41,461 nt of DNA from Stellaceae bacterium (lineage in GTDB: Bacteria > Pseudomonadota > Alphaproteobacteria > ATCC43930 > CGMCC-115725), in NCBI GenBank assembly GCA_035507475.1, contig DATJOB010000420.1, forward strand, positions 1 to 41,461, given 5' to 3'. The translations under genes and the position numbers were made by a program. The notes under the pieces were generated by a model. The model was not told the origin of the DNA, ran no database searches, and saw only the letters and a program-made list of their open reading frames with translations. Below, piece after piece: positions 16,447 through 25,546 of this stretch; positions within the stretch are counted from its first letter, which is position 1, and each line of letters begins with the position of its first letter.

Positions 16447-16615
16447 CTGTCGCGGTGACTTTAGTCGCGGGGCGATGGCTGTCAACGCCGCGCCACGCCG
16501 CGCGGGGGGCGGCACTGGTCGGCGGCACCGGCGGCGGGTGCCGCGCGTCGTGCAGGGTGTGGCGCCGGCCGGTTGCGACCGCCCCGGCGCCGGCGGATTT
16601 CATAGCGAGGCCGAA

Positions 16616-17134
16616 TTGGCGTTTCACCGCAATCCGCTGCGCGAGGCGGCGGAGCTTGCCTATCGGCGGGTGGTCGAGCAGGCGCGCCAACCCGCGTTCT
16701 TTACCGCGCTCGGCGTGCCCGACACGCTCGACGGGCGGTTCGAGCTGGTCTGCCTGCACGCCTTCCTCTATCTGCACCGGCTGAAGGGCGAGCGGGCGCC
16801 GGCCGCCGAGCTGGGACAACGCTTCTTCGACACGATGTTCGCCGATTTCGACCGGTCGCTGCGCGAGATCGGCACCGGCGATCTCGGCGTCGGCCGACAG
16901 ATCAGGCGCATGGCGGAGGCGTTCTACGGCCGCGTCCGCGCCTACGAAGCCGGGCTCGACGGCGCGGAGGCGGCGCTCGACGAAGCGCTCGGCCGCAACC
17001 TTTACGGCACCGCCGCCGGCACGCCCGAGCAGCTGCGCCGCGTCGCCAGCTATGTGCGGCGCGAATCCGGCGCGCTTGCCGCACAGCCGGCGCCCGCGGT
17101 GCTGGCCGGGCAGATCGTGTTCGGCGCGCCATGA
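16616..17134 (+). CDS. Ubiquinol-cytochrome c chaperone (Cbp3-like) family protein
   Basis: LYRRVVEQARQPAFFTALGVPDTLDGRFELVCLHAFL matches the family pattern. Its position between bamE and yceD is conserved. Start proposed at TTG 16616, with GAGG 5 nt upstream. ATG 16475 is an alternative. Confidence 0.7.
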   Translation: MAFHRNPLREAAELAYRRVVEQARQPAFFTALGVPDTLDGRFELVCLHAFLYLHRLKGERAPAAELGQRFFDTMFADFDRSLREIGTGDLGVGRQIRRMAEAFYGRVRAYEAGLDGAEAALDEALGRNLYGTAAGTPEQLRRVASYVRRESGALAAQPAPAVLAGQIVFGAP

Positions 17135-17649
17135 GCCGGCGGGCATCCGAATTCGCCCGGCCGGTGCCGTTGACGCGGCTCGGCGCCGGTCCGTTCCGCC
17201 AGCACATCGCCGCCGACGCCGCCGAGCGAGAGGCGCTCGCGCGGCGCTTCGACCTGGTCTCGCTCGACCGGCTCGAGGCCGAGATCGAGCTCAGCCGCGA
17301 AAGCGGCGGGACGATCCTCTTGACCGCGTCCTTCTCTGCGGCCTTCGCGCAGAGCTGCATCGCCACGCTCGATCCGGTCGCCGGAAGCCTCAACGAACGC
17401 TTTCAGCTGCGCTACGGCCCGCCCGAGGCCGAGGCGACCGCGCCGGCCGGCGATGACGATCCCGCCTTCGAGCCGCTTACCGGCGAGGCGATCGATGTGG
17501 GCGAGGCGGTGGCGCAGGAATTTTCGCTCGCGCTGCCGCCGTTTCCGCGCATCCCGGGCGCCGCGGCCGAAGACGCCGCGGCCCCGGAGGCGGCGGCCGA
17601 GGGACCGTTCGCCGCGCTCGCCCGGCTGGCGCGCCGCGAGCGGCAATAA
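17131..17649 (+). CDS. yceD: YceD-family protein (DUF177, large-subunit ribosomal RNA accumulation protein)
   Basis: ATGA overlap with the upstream gene. The acidic C-terminal motif ([20 protein letters not shown]) is typical of DUF177. It lies directly upstream of rpmF, as in most bacteria. Confidence 0.85.
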   Translation: MSRRASEFARPVPLTRLGAGPFRQHIAADAAEREALARRFDLVSLDRLEAEIELSRESGGTILLTASFSAAFAQSCIATLDPVAGSLNERFQLRYGPPEAEATAPAGDDDPAFEPLTGEAIDVGEAVAQEFSLALPPFPRIPGAAAEDAAAPEAAAEGPFAALARLARRERQ

Positions 17650-17740
17650 TGCAGGGAGGCTGCGCTGCCGAGGTTGTTGCCGCCGGTGTGGATTTTGGCT
17701 AAGTGTCTCGCCTCCCGCTTCCGCGTCAGACGAGTGCCCA

Positions 17741-17929
17741 ATGGCCGTACCGAAACGAAAAGTGTCGCCGTCGCGTCGCGACATGCGGCGATCGCACCAC
17801 CGGCTGCAGGCGCCCGCCTATGCCGAGTGCCCGAATTGCGGGGAGCTGAAGCGGCCGCACCATCTGTGCGAAGCCTGCGGTCATTACGACGGCCGCGAAG
17901 TGGTCCCGGCGGAGCCGGCGACCGCCTGA
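17741..17929 (+). CDS. rpmF: 50S ribosomal protein L32
   Basis: [19 protein letters not shown]...[20 protein letters not shown]. Confidence 0.93.
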   Translation: MAVPKRKVSPSRRDMRRSHHRLQAPAYAECPNCGELKRPHHLCEACGHYDGREVVPAEPATA

Positions 17930-17960
17930 TTCGCGCCAAACCAGGCGAGGCCCTGTCGCG

Positions 17961-19007
17961 GTGAGCGGCACGATCACGATCGCTCTCGACGCAATGGGCG
18001 GCGACCATGCGCCGGAGATCGTGCTGCGCGGCGCCGACATCGCGCTGGAGCGTCACCCCGGCACTCACTTCCTGCTGTTCGGGGCGGAGAACCAGGTGAG
18101 CCCGCTGCTCGCTCAGCTGCCGCGCCTCGCCAGCGTCGCGGTGCTGCACCACACCAGCGAGACGGTGCAGAACGACGACAAACCGTCGCAGGCGCTGCGC
18201 GCCGGGCGCGGCACCAGCATGCGGCTGGCGATCGACGCGGTGGCCGAGGGCCGCGCGGACGGCGTGGTCTCGGCCGGCAATACCGGCGCGCTGATGGCGA
18301 TCGCCAAGTTCGTGCTGAAGACGCTGCCCGGGATCGACCGGCCGGCGATCGCCACCTTCTACCCGACGCTGCGCGGCGAGAGCGTGATGCTCGACCTCGG
18401 CGCCAACATCGAATGCGACGCCGAGAACCTGGTGCAGTTCGCGCTGATGGGCGACGCGTTCGCGCGCACCGTGCTGGGCATCACCGAGCCGACCGTCGGC
18501 CTGCTCAACGTCGGCTCGGAGGACCTCAAGGGCAACGATGCGGTGCGCGGCGCCGCGGCACGGCTGCGCGGCGGCGCGACGCCGATCCGCTTCCACGGCT
18601 TTGTCGAGGGCGACGACATCGGCGCCGGCACGGTCGACGTCATCGTCACCGACGGCTTCACCGGCAACGTCGCGCTCAAAACTGCCGAGGGGACCGCCAA
18701 GCTCTTCGCCGAGGCGCTGCGCATTTCGTTCCGGCATTCGCCGATGGCGCGGGTCGGCTACATGTTCGCGCGCGGCGCGCTGCGCAAGTTCCGCGAGCGC
18801 TTCGACCCGCGCCGCTACAACGGGGCGATGTTCCTCGGCCTGCGCGGCATCGCGGTCAAGAGCCACGGCGCGACCGACGCGTTCGGCTTCGCCAACGCGA
18901 TCGGCGTGGCGATCGACATGAAGCTTAACGGCTTCCTCGACAAGATCCGCGCCGACCTGGCGCGCCTCGCGGTCGAGACGCCGGCGCCGCAACCGGCGGC
19001 ACTCTAG
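17961..19007 (+). CDS. plsX: Phosphate acyltransferase PlsX
   Basis: [13 protein letters not shown]-terminus and [13 protein letters not shown] motif. rpmF-plsX-fabH synteny. Confidence 0.93.
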   Translation: MSGTITIALDAMGGDHAPEIVLRGADIALERHPGTHFLLFGAENQVSPLLAQLPRLASVAVLHHTSETVQNDDKPSQALRAGRGTSMRLAIDAVAEGRADGVVSAGNTGALMAIAKFVLKTLPGIDRPAIATFYPTLRGESVMLDLGANIECDAENLVQFALMGDAFARTVLGITEPTVGLLNVGSEDLKGNDAVRGAAARLRGGATPIRFHGFVEGDDIGAGTVDVIVTDGFTGNVALKTAEGTAKLFAEALRISFRHSPMARVGYMFARGALRKFRERFDPRRYNGAMFLGLRGIAVKSHGATDAFGFANAIGVAIDMKLNGFLDKIRADLARLAVETPAPQPAAL

Positions 19008-19018
19008 CCCCGGCCGGC

Positions 19019-19990
19019 ATGAAGCTGCGCTCCCAGGTCGTCGGCTGCGGCGGCTATTTGCCCGAGCGGGTGGTGACCAACGCCGAGCTGGCGCGCCGGC
19101 TCGACACGTCCGACGACTGGATCCGCCAGCGCACCGGCATCGGCGAGCGACGCATCGCCGCGGATGGCGAGCTGACCTCCGACCTCGCGCTGGCGGCGGC
19201 GCGGCGCGCGCTCGAACGCGCCGGGATGAGCGGCAGCGACCTCGACCTGATCGTGCTGGCGACCGCGACGCCCGACCATACCTTCCCGGCGACCGCGACC
19301 AAGGTCCAGGCGCAGCTCGGCATGAAGCGCGGCGCCGCGTTCGACGTGCAGGCCGTATGTTCCGGCTTCATCTTTGCGCTCGCCACCGCCGACAACGCGC
19401 TGCGCCTCGGCCAGGCGCGCACCGCGCTGGTGATCGGCGCCGAGACCTTCTCGCGCATCCTCGACTGGGAGGACCGCGGCACCTGCGTCCTGTTCGGCGA
19501 CGGCGCCGGGGCGCTGGTGCTGAACGCCGCGCCCGATACCGGGCCCGAGGGACGCGGCCTGCTGTCGACGCATCTCCATTCCGACGGCCGCTATTACGAC
19601 ATTCTCTATGTCGACGGCGGTCCGTCGACGACCGGCACGACGGGCCATCTGCGGATGGAAGGGCGCGAGGTGTTCCGCCAGGCGGTCCAGCACCTGTCCG
19701 AGGCGGTCGAGGAGGCGCTCGCCGCGCACGGGCTCTCCGGCGCCGACATCGACTGGCTGGTGCCGCACCAGGCGAATTTGCGGATCATCGACGCGATCGG
19801 CAAGCGGCTCGAGCTGCGCCCCGGCCGCACCGTGCTGACCATCGCGCGCCACGCCAACACCTCAGCGGCCTCGATCCCGCTGGCGCTCGACGAGGCGGTC
19901 GGCGACGGCCGCATCCAGCCCGGCCATCTGGTGCTGATGGAGGCGCTCGGCGGCGGTCTCACCTGGGGCGCCGCGCTCGCGCGCTGGTAA
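19019..19990 (+). CDS. fabH: 3-oxoacyl-ACP synthase III
   Basis: Active-site context [15 protein letters not shown], plus PHQANLRI and GGGLTWGA. Confidence 0.93.
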   Translation: MKLRSQVVGCGGYLPERVVTNAELARRLDTSDDWIRQRTGIGERRIAADGELTSDLALAAARRALERAGMSGSDLDLIVLATATPDHTFPATATKVQAQLGMKRGAAFDVQAVCSGFIFALATADNALRLGQARTALVIGAETFSRILDWEDRGTCVLFGDGAGALVLNAAPDTGPEGRGLLSTHLHSDGRYYDILYVDGGPSTTGTTGHLRMEGREVFRQAVQHLSEAVEEALAAHGLSGADIDWLVPHQANLRIIDAIGKRLELRPGRTVLTIARHANTSAASIPLALDEAVGDGRIQPGHLVLMEALGGGLTWGAALARW

Positions 19991-20040
19991 CGGAAAAAAC
20001 CTGGCAAAGCCTCGCAAAAAATCGATCAACGCTTTGGAAT

Positions 20041-20069
20041 TTGACGGCGTTTTTCGCCGGGGCTAACTT
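20041..20069 (+). promoter_or_regulatory. Candidate sigma70 promoter for ihfA (TTGACG-N17-TAACTT)
   Basis: Read directly: -35 at 20041-20046 and -10 at 20064-20069, about 25 nt upstream of the ihfA ATG, in a relatively AT-rich spacer. Confidence 0.4.
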
Positions 20070-20093
20070 GCCGCCGTCGAACGGGAGGGCGGC

Positions 20094-20423
20094 ATGGCGG
20101 GTCACACGGTCACTCGCGCTCAGCTCACCGAAGCGGTCTATCAGGAGGTCGGCTTGTCGCGCAACGAGTCGGCCGAGCTGGTCGAGTCGGTGATCGCCGA
20201 GATTTCGGATGCGCTGGAGCGCGGCGAGATGGTCAAGATCTCGTCGTTCGGCAGCTTTGCCGTGCGCCGCAAGGGCCAGCGCATCGGCCGCAACCCGAAA
20301 ACCGGCCAGGAGGTGCCGATCAGCCCGCGCCGCGTGCTGGTGTTCCGCGCCTCGCACGCGCTCAAGAACCAGATCAACCAGTCGCTCGCGCACTCCGGCG
20401 CGACGGGTCGCCCGTCCGCTTGA
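20094..20423 (+). CDS. ihfA: Integration host factor subunit alpha
   Basis: [21 protein letters not shown]...[30 protein letters not shown]. Confidence 0.92.
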   Translation: MAGHTVTRAQLTEAVYQEVGLSRNESAELVESVIAEISDALERGEMVKISSFGSFAVRRKGQRIGRNPKTGQEVPISPRRVLVFRASHALKNQINQSLAHSGATGRPSA

Positions 20424-20938
20424 CGGTGAGCGAGGCAGGGGAAACCGCTTCCGGCCGGCGCGGTGGCAAGCGTACCGCGGTGTTCCGCACGATCGGCGAG
20501 GTCGCCGAGGACCTCGACCTGCCGGCGCATGTGCTGCGCTTCTGGGAGTCGAAATTCCCGCAGCTGAAGCCGCTGAAGCGCGGCGGCGGGCGGCGCTACT
20601 ACCGGCCCGAAGACATCGCGCTCCTGTCGCGCATCCGGCAATGCCTCTACCAGGAAGGCTACACGATCCGCGGCGTCCAGAAGCTGCTCGCCGAGGGGAT
20701 GACGGGCGGCGCGGCCGGCGGCGATATCGCGCCGAGCCTCTTTCCGCTCGACCCGCTGCACGCGCCGGCCGCGGCGGCGCCGCGCGCCGCCAAAGGCGGT
20801 CGTCGCGCCGCTCCCGCCGCGGCGCCGGATGCCGCGCTGTCGGCGAGCGGCAAGGCGAAGCTCGAAGCCGCGGTGCAGGACCTGCTGTCGGCGCGCCAGA
20901 TGCTCGAGGCGCTGCTCAAGGGCCGCCGGAAAAGCTGA
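20420..20938 (+). CDS. MerR-family transcriptional regulator (conserved ihfA-adjacent type)
   Basis: The HTH sequence [45 protein letters not shown] is characteristic. The start codon is ambiguous (TTG 20420 overlapping the ihfA stop, or GTG 20426). Confidence 0.85.
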   Translation: MTVSEAGETASGRRGGKRTAVFRTIGEVAEDLDLPAHVLRFWESKFPQLKPLKRGGGRRYYRPEDIALLSRIRQCLYQEGYTIRGVQKLLAEGMTGGAAGGDIAPSLFPLDPLHAPAAAAPRAAKGGRRAAPAAAPDAALSASGKAKLEAAVQDLLSARQMLEALLKGRRKS

Positions 20939-20952
20939 CCGACGCTGGCGCG

Positions 20953-20981
20953 TTGCGCGGCCGCGGGGGCGCCGGTATCAT
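20953..20981 (+). promoter_or_regulatory. Candidate promoter for tRNA-Pro (TTGCGC-N17-TATCAT)
   Basis: -35 at 20953-20958 and -10 at 20976-20981, about 33 nt upstream of the mature tRNA 5' end. Confidence 0.4.
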
Positions 20982-21013
20982 CCGCCTCCCTCGCCAGAGA
21001 GACGAACCCCGGT

Positions 21014-21090
21014 CGGAGCGTAGCGCAGCCTGGTAGCGCATCAGCATGGGGTGCTGAGGGTCGTGAGTTCGAATCTCACCGCTCCGACCA
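21014..21090 (+). tRNA. tRNA-Pro (anticodon GGG)
   Basis: Folded by hand as a cloverleaf. Acceptor stem is CGGAGCG/CGCTCCG and the D stem is GCGC/GCGC. The anticodon stem is TCAGC/GCTGA with loop ATGGGGT, which carries G37. The T arm is GTGAG-TTCGAAT-CTCAC, and the CCA end is encoded. Confidence 0.93.
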
Positions 21091-21137
21091 ACATCGAGCG
21101 CGCCGCCGCCTCCGCGGCGTCTGCGGCTGGTGCCGGC

Positions 21138-21161
21138 GCTGGGCCGGACCGGCCCGGCGCA
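21138..21161. repeat. Single copy of the same REP-like core as at 2494-2603 (GCTGGGCCGGACCGGCCCGGCGCA)
   Basis: Near-identical to the 37-bp unit core GCCGGGCCGGACGGCCCGGCGCA. It lies 48 nt after tRNA-Pro and may act as its terminator hairpin. Confidence 0.5.
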
Positions 21162-21183
21162 TTCGCAAAAACGGAGCCCCCCG

Positions 21184-22092
21184 ATGACCACCGAGCGCCC
21201 GGAATCCGATCTCGAACCCTGGCAGTTCCCCGAGACGCATTGGCGCAAGCTGGTCGACCGGGTGCGTGCCGGCCGCGCGCTGCGCCCGGCGGAATGGCCG
21301 GGCGGCGCGCGCTGCGCGGTCGCGCTGTCGTTCGATAGCGACCACGAGACCAGCGATTTGCGCGAGGGCGGCAAGTCGATCGGCCGGCTCGCCTGGGGGC
21401 AGTACGGCGCGCGGGTCGGCGTGCCCCGCATCCTCGACCTGCTCGGCAAGTACCGGGTAAGGGCGTCGTTCTACGTGCCTGCGGTGACCGCGCTCCTGCA
21501 CCCCGATGAGCAGCGCCGCGTCGTCGCCGAGGGCCACGAGATCGGCATCCACGGCTGGATCCACGAGCTCAACTCGGTGCTGCCCTATGAGGCCGAGCGC
21601 GACCTGATGCTGCGCGCCGCCGAGGTGCTCGAAAAGACCAGCGGCGTCCGCCCGGTCGGCCTGCGGACCCCGTCATGGGATTTCAGCTGGAACACGCTGG
21701 CGATCGAGGCCGAGATGGGCCTCCTCTACGATTCCTCGCTGATGTCGGACGAGGATTGCTATGAGCTGCTGCTCGACGGCAAGCCCTGCGGCGTGGTCGA
21801 GCTGCCGGTCGAATGGGTGCGCGATGACGCGGTCTATTTCATGATGAACCGGTTCTCGTCGCTGCGGCCCTATACGCCGCCCGCCGACGTGCTCGACATC
21901 TTCCGCCGTGAGTTCGAGGCGGCCTACGCCGCCGGCGGCCTCTTCCAGCTGACCATGCATCCGCACGTCATCAGCTACCGCTCGCGCATCTGGATCCTCG
22001 AAGAGCTGATCCGCCTCGCGCAGTCGCGGCCCGGCGTCTGGTTCGCCACCCATGCCGAGGTCGCGCGCTGGGCCAAGGAGCATGCCGCGTGA
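21184..22092 (+). CDS. Polysaccharide deacetylase (CE4) family protein
   Basis: NodB-homology motifs are present (ALSFDSDHE, GHEIGIHGWIHE, LTMHPH). Start set at ATG 21184 (MTTERPES). Confidence 0.8.
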   Translation: MTTERPESDLEPWQFPETHWRKLVDRVRAGRALRPAEWPGGARCAVALSFDSDHETSDLREGGKSIGRLAWGQYGARVGVPRILDLLGKYRVRASFYVPAVTALLHPDEQRRVVAEGHEIGIHGWIHELNSVLPYEAERDLMLRAAEVLEKTSGVRPVGLRTPSWDFSWNTLAIEAEMGLLYDSSLMSDEDCYELLLDGKPCGVVELPVEWVRDDAVYFMMNRFSSLRPYTPPADVLDIFRREFEAAYAAGGLFQLTMHPHVISYRSRIWILEELIRLAQSRPGVWFATHAEVARWAKEHAA

Positions 22093-22136
22093 CCTCGTCC
22101 CTCCACCCGGCCGGGCGTACGGGGAGAGGGACGAGG
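22093..22136. terminator. Bidirectional terminator hairpin (11-bp perfect stem CCTCGTCCCTC / GAGGGACGAGG)
   Basis: The stem starts 1 nt after the deacetylase stop, in the convergent gap before the small minus-strand gene. Confidence 0.6.
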
Positions 22137-22152
22137 TATGGCGTGCCGCCGA

Positions 22153-22392
22153 TCACCGGCGCTTGACCGCCGGGTCCTCCTCGGCGATGTGACGCCTGCC
22201 CACCGCCTCGGCGCGCTCGAGCTCGGCGCGGATGTCCTGGTCGCGCAAGTCGCGTTCCGCTTCATGCGCCTTCTGGTCGACTTTTCCCGACTTGACGAAC
22301 CGCCGTTGCATTTCGTTATACTCTCGCGCAGCGGTTCGATTACCTTCACCTTCATTGCGCTGTTGGGTCGTATCTTCTATTTTATCAGTCAT
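22153..22392 (-). CDS. Small highly charged hydrophilic protein (79 aa), probable general-stress-response regulon member
   Basis: AGGAG 5 nt upstream of ATG 22392. The sequence MTDKIEDTTQQRNEGEGNRTAAREYNEMQRRFVKSGKVDQKAHEAERDL... has no hydrophobic core. An EcfG-type promoter lies upstream. Confidence 0.65.
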   Translation of the reverse strand: MTDKIEDTTQQRNEGEGNRTAAREYNEMQRRFVKSGKVDQKAHEAERDLRDQDIRAELERAEAVGRRHIAEEDPAVKRR

Positions 22393-22418
22393 CCCGACTC
22401 CTTTCCTTTGTGTGAGCA

Positions 22419-22444
22419 AACGAGTCCGGGATGCGCAGGGTTCC
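22419..22444 (-). promoter_or_regulatory. EcfG (alphaproteobacterial general stress sigma factor) type promoter GGAAC-N17-CGTT
   Basis: The minus strand reads GGAAC (22444-22440), cctgcgcatcccggact (17 nt), then CGTT (22422-22419). The -10 element ends 26 nt upstream of the ATG of the 79-aa gene. Confidence 0.6.
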
Positions 22445-22474
22445 TTGATCTAGCTTGTCGGGGCGCGCGGTAAG

Positions 22475-23716
22475 TCAGCGTATCGACCGCCGCAGCGGCT
22501 TCAGCACGAACAGCGCGAGCAGCGCCGCGGTCAGGTCGGCGGCGATGCAGACGCCGAACACCGTCGTCCAGCTCCCCGTGCTGTCGTGCAGCAGCGCCGC
22601 CAGCGGCCCGCCGAAGATCGAGCCGATGCCTTGGGCGATGTAGAGAAAGCCGTAGTTCTGTGTGGCATTGCGCGGCCCGAACGTGTCGGTGAGCGTCGAC
22701 GGGAACAGCGAGAAGATCTCGCCCCAGCCGAAGAACACCACGCCCGACAGGAGCGCGAACCACAGCGGGTCGGTGATCGTCAGCAGCCACACGGTCATCG
22801 CCGCCGCTTCGAGCGCGAAGGCGCAGAACATCGTGTTCTCGCGGCCGATCAGGTCGGAGAGCCAGCCGAAAAACGGCCGGGTCAAGCCGTTGGTGAAGCG
22901 GTCGATGGTGAGCGCCAGCGGCAGCGCCGCCGCGCCCCACACGGTCAATTTGGTGATGCCGAAATCCGCGGCGAAATTGCCGATCTGCGAGATCACCATC
23001 AGGCCCGAGGTCGACATCAGGCTCATCATCACGAACATCAGCCAGAAGACCGGCGTCTTGAGCATCTGCGCGCTGCCGACCCCGGCCAGCGCCTCGCCGC
23101 CGGGCGCCGCGGCGACCGGCGGCCGCCGCAGCCCGAGCGCGGCGAGCACCCCGACGATCGCGAAGACGATGCCGTATTGCTGCAGTGTCGCCTGATAGCC
23201 GGCGGTGGCAATGCTGCCGCTGATCGGGAAGGTGGTGAGGATCGCCCCGATGCCGTAGCCGGCCGCCACCATCCCGGCGGCGAAGCCGCGCGCGTCGGGG
23301 AACCAGCGCACCATCTGCCCGACGACGCCGACATAGACGATGCCGGTGCCGACGCCGCAGACGACCCCGTAACTCAGATAGAGCGCCGAGAGCGACGCGG
23401 CATGCGCCGCCAGCACCCAGCCGAGCCCCGACATCGCGCCGCCGACCGCGATCAGCGTGCGCGGTCCGAAGCGGTCGACGAGCCAGCCCTGCACCGGCGA
23501 AAAAAAGGTCTGCAGCACGATCAGCAGCGAGAAGGTCACCTGCAGCGCCGCCGGGCTCGCGCCCAGCGCCGTGCCGAGCGGCTTGGTGAACAGCGCCCAG
23601 ACATATTGCGGGCTCGAAATCGCCATCATGCAGACCAGACCGAGCCCGAGCTGGACCCAGCGCGCCGCCGGCGAGACCGCCCGCCCGCCGCCGATGACTT
23701 CGGTGTCGCCGCTCAT
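22475..23716 (-). CDS. MFS transporter, oxalate/formate antiporter (OFA) family
   Basis: The N-terminus ARWVQLGLGLVCMMAISSPQYVWALFTKPL is typical of OFA proteins, and there are 12 hydrophobic segments. Start set at ATG 23716 (MSGDTEV). Confidence 0.85.
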   Translation of the reverse strand: MSGDTEVIGGGRAVSPAARWVQLGLGLVCMMAISSPQYVWALFTKPLGTALGASPAALQVTFSLLIVLQTFFSPVQGWLVDRFGPRTLIAVGGAMSGLGWVLAAHAASLSALYLSYGVVCGVGTGIVYVGVVGQMVRWFPDARGFAAGMVAAGYGIGAILTTFPISGSIATAGYQATLQQYGIVFAIVGVLAALGLRRPPVAAAPGGEALAGVGSAQMLKTPVFWLMFVMMSLMSTSGLMVISQIGNFAADFGITKLTVWGAAALPLALTIDRFTNGLTRPFFGWLSDLIGRENTMFCAFALEAAAMTVWLLTITDPLWFALLSGVVFFGWGEIFSLFPSTLTDTFGPRNATQNYGFLYIAQGIGSIFGGPLAALLHDSTGSWTTVFGVCIAADLTAALLALFVLKPLRRSIR

Positions 23717-23802
23717 CCCCGCCCCCTCGCTCGCGTTGGCTGCCCTTGCCGCGAAATTAGGCACGCAAGAATGGGACCAGACAGGCCGGCGATGCGGCCG
23801 CG

Positions 23803-24564
23803 TCAGCCGGGCAGCACCGCCTTGAAGCGCAGCCGGACATAGTCGGCGATCCACGTCCCGGTCTCGTCCATCAGCACCGGCTGCAGCAGGTCGATGAGCT
23901 CCTGCCTGGCGGCGCGCCGGTCGTCGGCCGCGAGCGGGGCGAAGAAATCCTCGGTGAAGGTGTCAAGCCACGCGCCGAACCCGGCGGCGAGCGGTGTCGG
24001 CCGCGGTACGATCGCGATCTCCTCGACCGCGAACCCGGCGGCTTCGAGCTTGCCGCGATAGGCCGCGGCCGAGGGAAAATACCACGGGCTGAGTGACAGC
24101 GCCTCGATCCCGCGACGGGCCAGCACCGCGCGCAGCGCGACCTGGATCGCGGCCGTGTTGTTGTGGCCGCCCATCTCGGCGACGAACCGTCCACCCGGCT
24201 TCAGCGCGCGGTGGACGCCGTCGAGCATCGCCTCCTGCGGGTGCATCCAGTGGAGCGCGGCGTTCGAGAACACCGCGTCGAACTCGCCGGCAAAGGCCAG
24301 GCTCTGCCCGGGGACGACATGCGCCTCGACGCCGCGTGCCCGCGCCGCCGCGACCATATCCGGCGCGGCGTCGACCCCGACGACGCGGGCGCCCATCGCG
24401 GCGATCTGCGCGGTCAGCACGCCGTCGCCGCAGCCGAGATCGAGGATGCGCTCGCCGGGTCGCGGGGCGAGCAAGGCCAATACCGGCCCACCCGCCGCCG
24501 GCACGAAATGCGCGGCCGCAGCGTAACGCTCGGCCGACCAGTGTTGTTTCGAGGATGCCGCCAT
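23803..24564 (-). CDS. Class I SAM-dependent methyltransferase (Tam-like)
   Basis: Motif I ILDLGCGDGVLT, post-I VVGVDAAPDMV, and FSNAALHW. Confidence 0.85.
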   Translation of the reverse strand: MAASSKQHWSAERYAAAAHFVPAAGGPVLALLAPRPGERILDLGCGDGVLTAQIAAMGARVVGVDAAPDMVAAARARGVEAHVVPGQSLAFAGEFDAVFSNAALHWMHPQEAMLDGVHRALKPGGRFVAEMGGHNNTAAIQVALRAVLARRGIEALSLSPWYFPSAAAYRGKLEAAGFAVEEIAIVPRPTPLAAGFGAWLDTFTEDFFAPLAADDRRAARQELIDLLQPVLMDETGTWIADYVRLRFKAVLPG

Positions 24565-24661
24565 CTTTACCCTGCGCGATTGCCTGCACGCGAGGATAAG
24601 GCGGCTGCACTACTAGGGTAAGCGGAGAGAATATACCGTTATCTTCGATACCAGTCTTGTT

Positions 24662-25546
24662 TCAGCGGCGGCCCAGCTCGCGCACCGCGCCGACCATCGC
24701 GTCGGGCGCCTCGCGCGGCAGGAAATGCCCGGCCAGCGGCACGACCTCGCGCCGATAGAAACCGGCAAAGTGGCGCGCGTGGCCCTCGGAGCCGGCGGGC
24801 GGCCCGACCCCGTCGGCGGCGCCGTGCAGCACGATCGCCGGAACCCCGATGGGCGGCCGCGCGTCGAGCAGCGCCTCGATCGCCGCGTATTGCGGGTCGC
24901 CCGCGGCGTTGCCATAGCGGTGGCGGTAGGACTGGATCACCACCGCGACGAAATCGGGGTTGTCGAAGGCGGCGGCGGTCTGCGCGTAGGTCGCGTCGTC
25001 GAAGCGGTAGTTCGGCGACCACAGCTCCCACAGCAGCCGGCACAACGGCCCGCGGTTCTCGGTCAGCCCGGCGACCCCGCGCGCGGTGTGGAAATACCAC
25101 TGGTACCAGTAACGATGCTCCGCGTCCGGCGATTGCGGCCGGCCGGCCGAGGCGATGTGCTGGATGTTGTAGCCGCCGACCGAGACCAGGCCGGCGACGC
25201 GCTCCGGCCACAGCGCCGCGACGATGCAGGCGGCGCGCCCGCCCCAGTCGTAGCCGGCGAGGATCGGCCGGTCGAGCGCGAGCGCGTCGATCAGGTCGAG
25301 GAGGTCGCGGCCGAGCGCCGCCTGCTCGCCCGAGCGCGGCGTCGCCGGGTCGAGAAACCGGGTCGGGCCGTAGCCGCGCAGATAGGGCACCAGCACCCGG
25401 TAGCCGGCGGCGGCGAGCGGCGGAGCCACCCCGTCATAGGCGTGGATGTCGTCGGGAAAGCCGTGCAGCAGCACCACCGGCGGCCCGCGCGCCGGCCCGC
25501 TTTCGGCATAGGCGATCTCGAGGACCGGGGTGCGTACCGTCTTCAC
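24662..25546 (-). CDS. Alpha/beta hydrolase, epoxide hydrolase / haloacetate dehalogenase-like
   Basis: HGFP oxyanion motif (VLLHGFPDD), Asp nucleophile elbow GYDWGG, and C-terminal GHFLPRE. The GTG start at 25546 overlaps the TGA of the rhodanese gene (GTGA). Confidence 0.85.
   Translation of the reverse strand: MKTVRTPVLEIAYAESGPARGPPVVLLHGFPDDIHAYDGVAPPLAAAGYRVLVPYLRGYGPTRFLDPATPRSGEQAALGRDLLDLIDALALDRPILAGYDWGGRAACIVAALWPERVAGLVSVGGYNIQHIASAGRPQSPDAEHRYWYQWYFHTARGVAGLTENRGPLCRLLWELWSPNYRFDDATYAQTAAAFDNPDFVAVVIQSYRHRYGNAAGDPQYAAIEALLDARPPIGVPAIVLHGAADGVGPPAGSEGHARHFAGFYRREVVPLAGHFLPREAPDAMVGAVRELGRR

Noticed and set aside
16226-16615. The N-terminal 130 aa of the 302-aa ORF 16226-17134, and the extended starts of ORFs 15961-16515, 22475-23854, 24662-25912, 30218-32602, 32205-34640, 34288-35982, 35070-36251 and 39891-40907.
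   Set aside because: These extensions overlap neighbouring genes and lack family similarity. They are replaced by internal starts that have Shine-Dalgarno sequences or stop/start overlaps and that match conserved N-termini.
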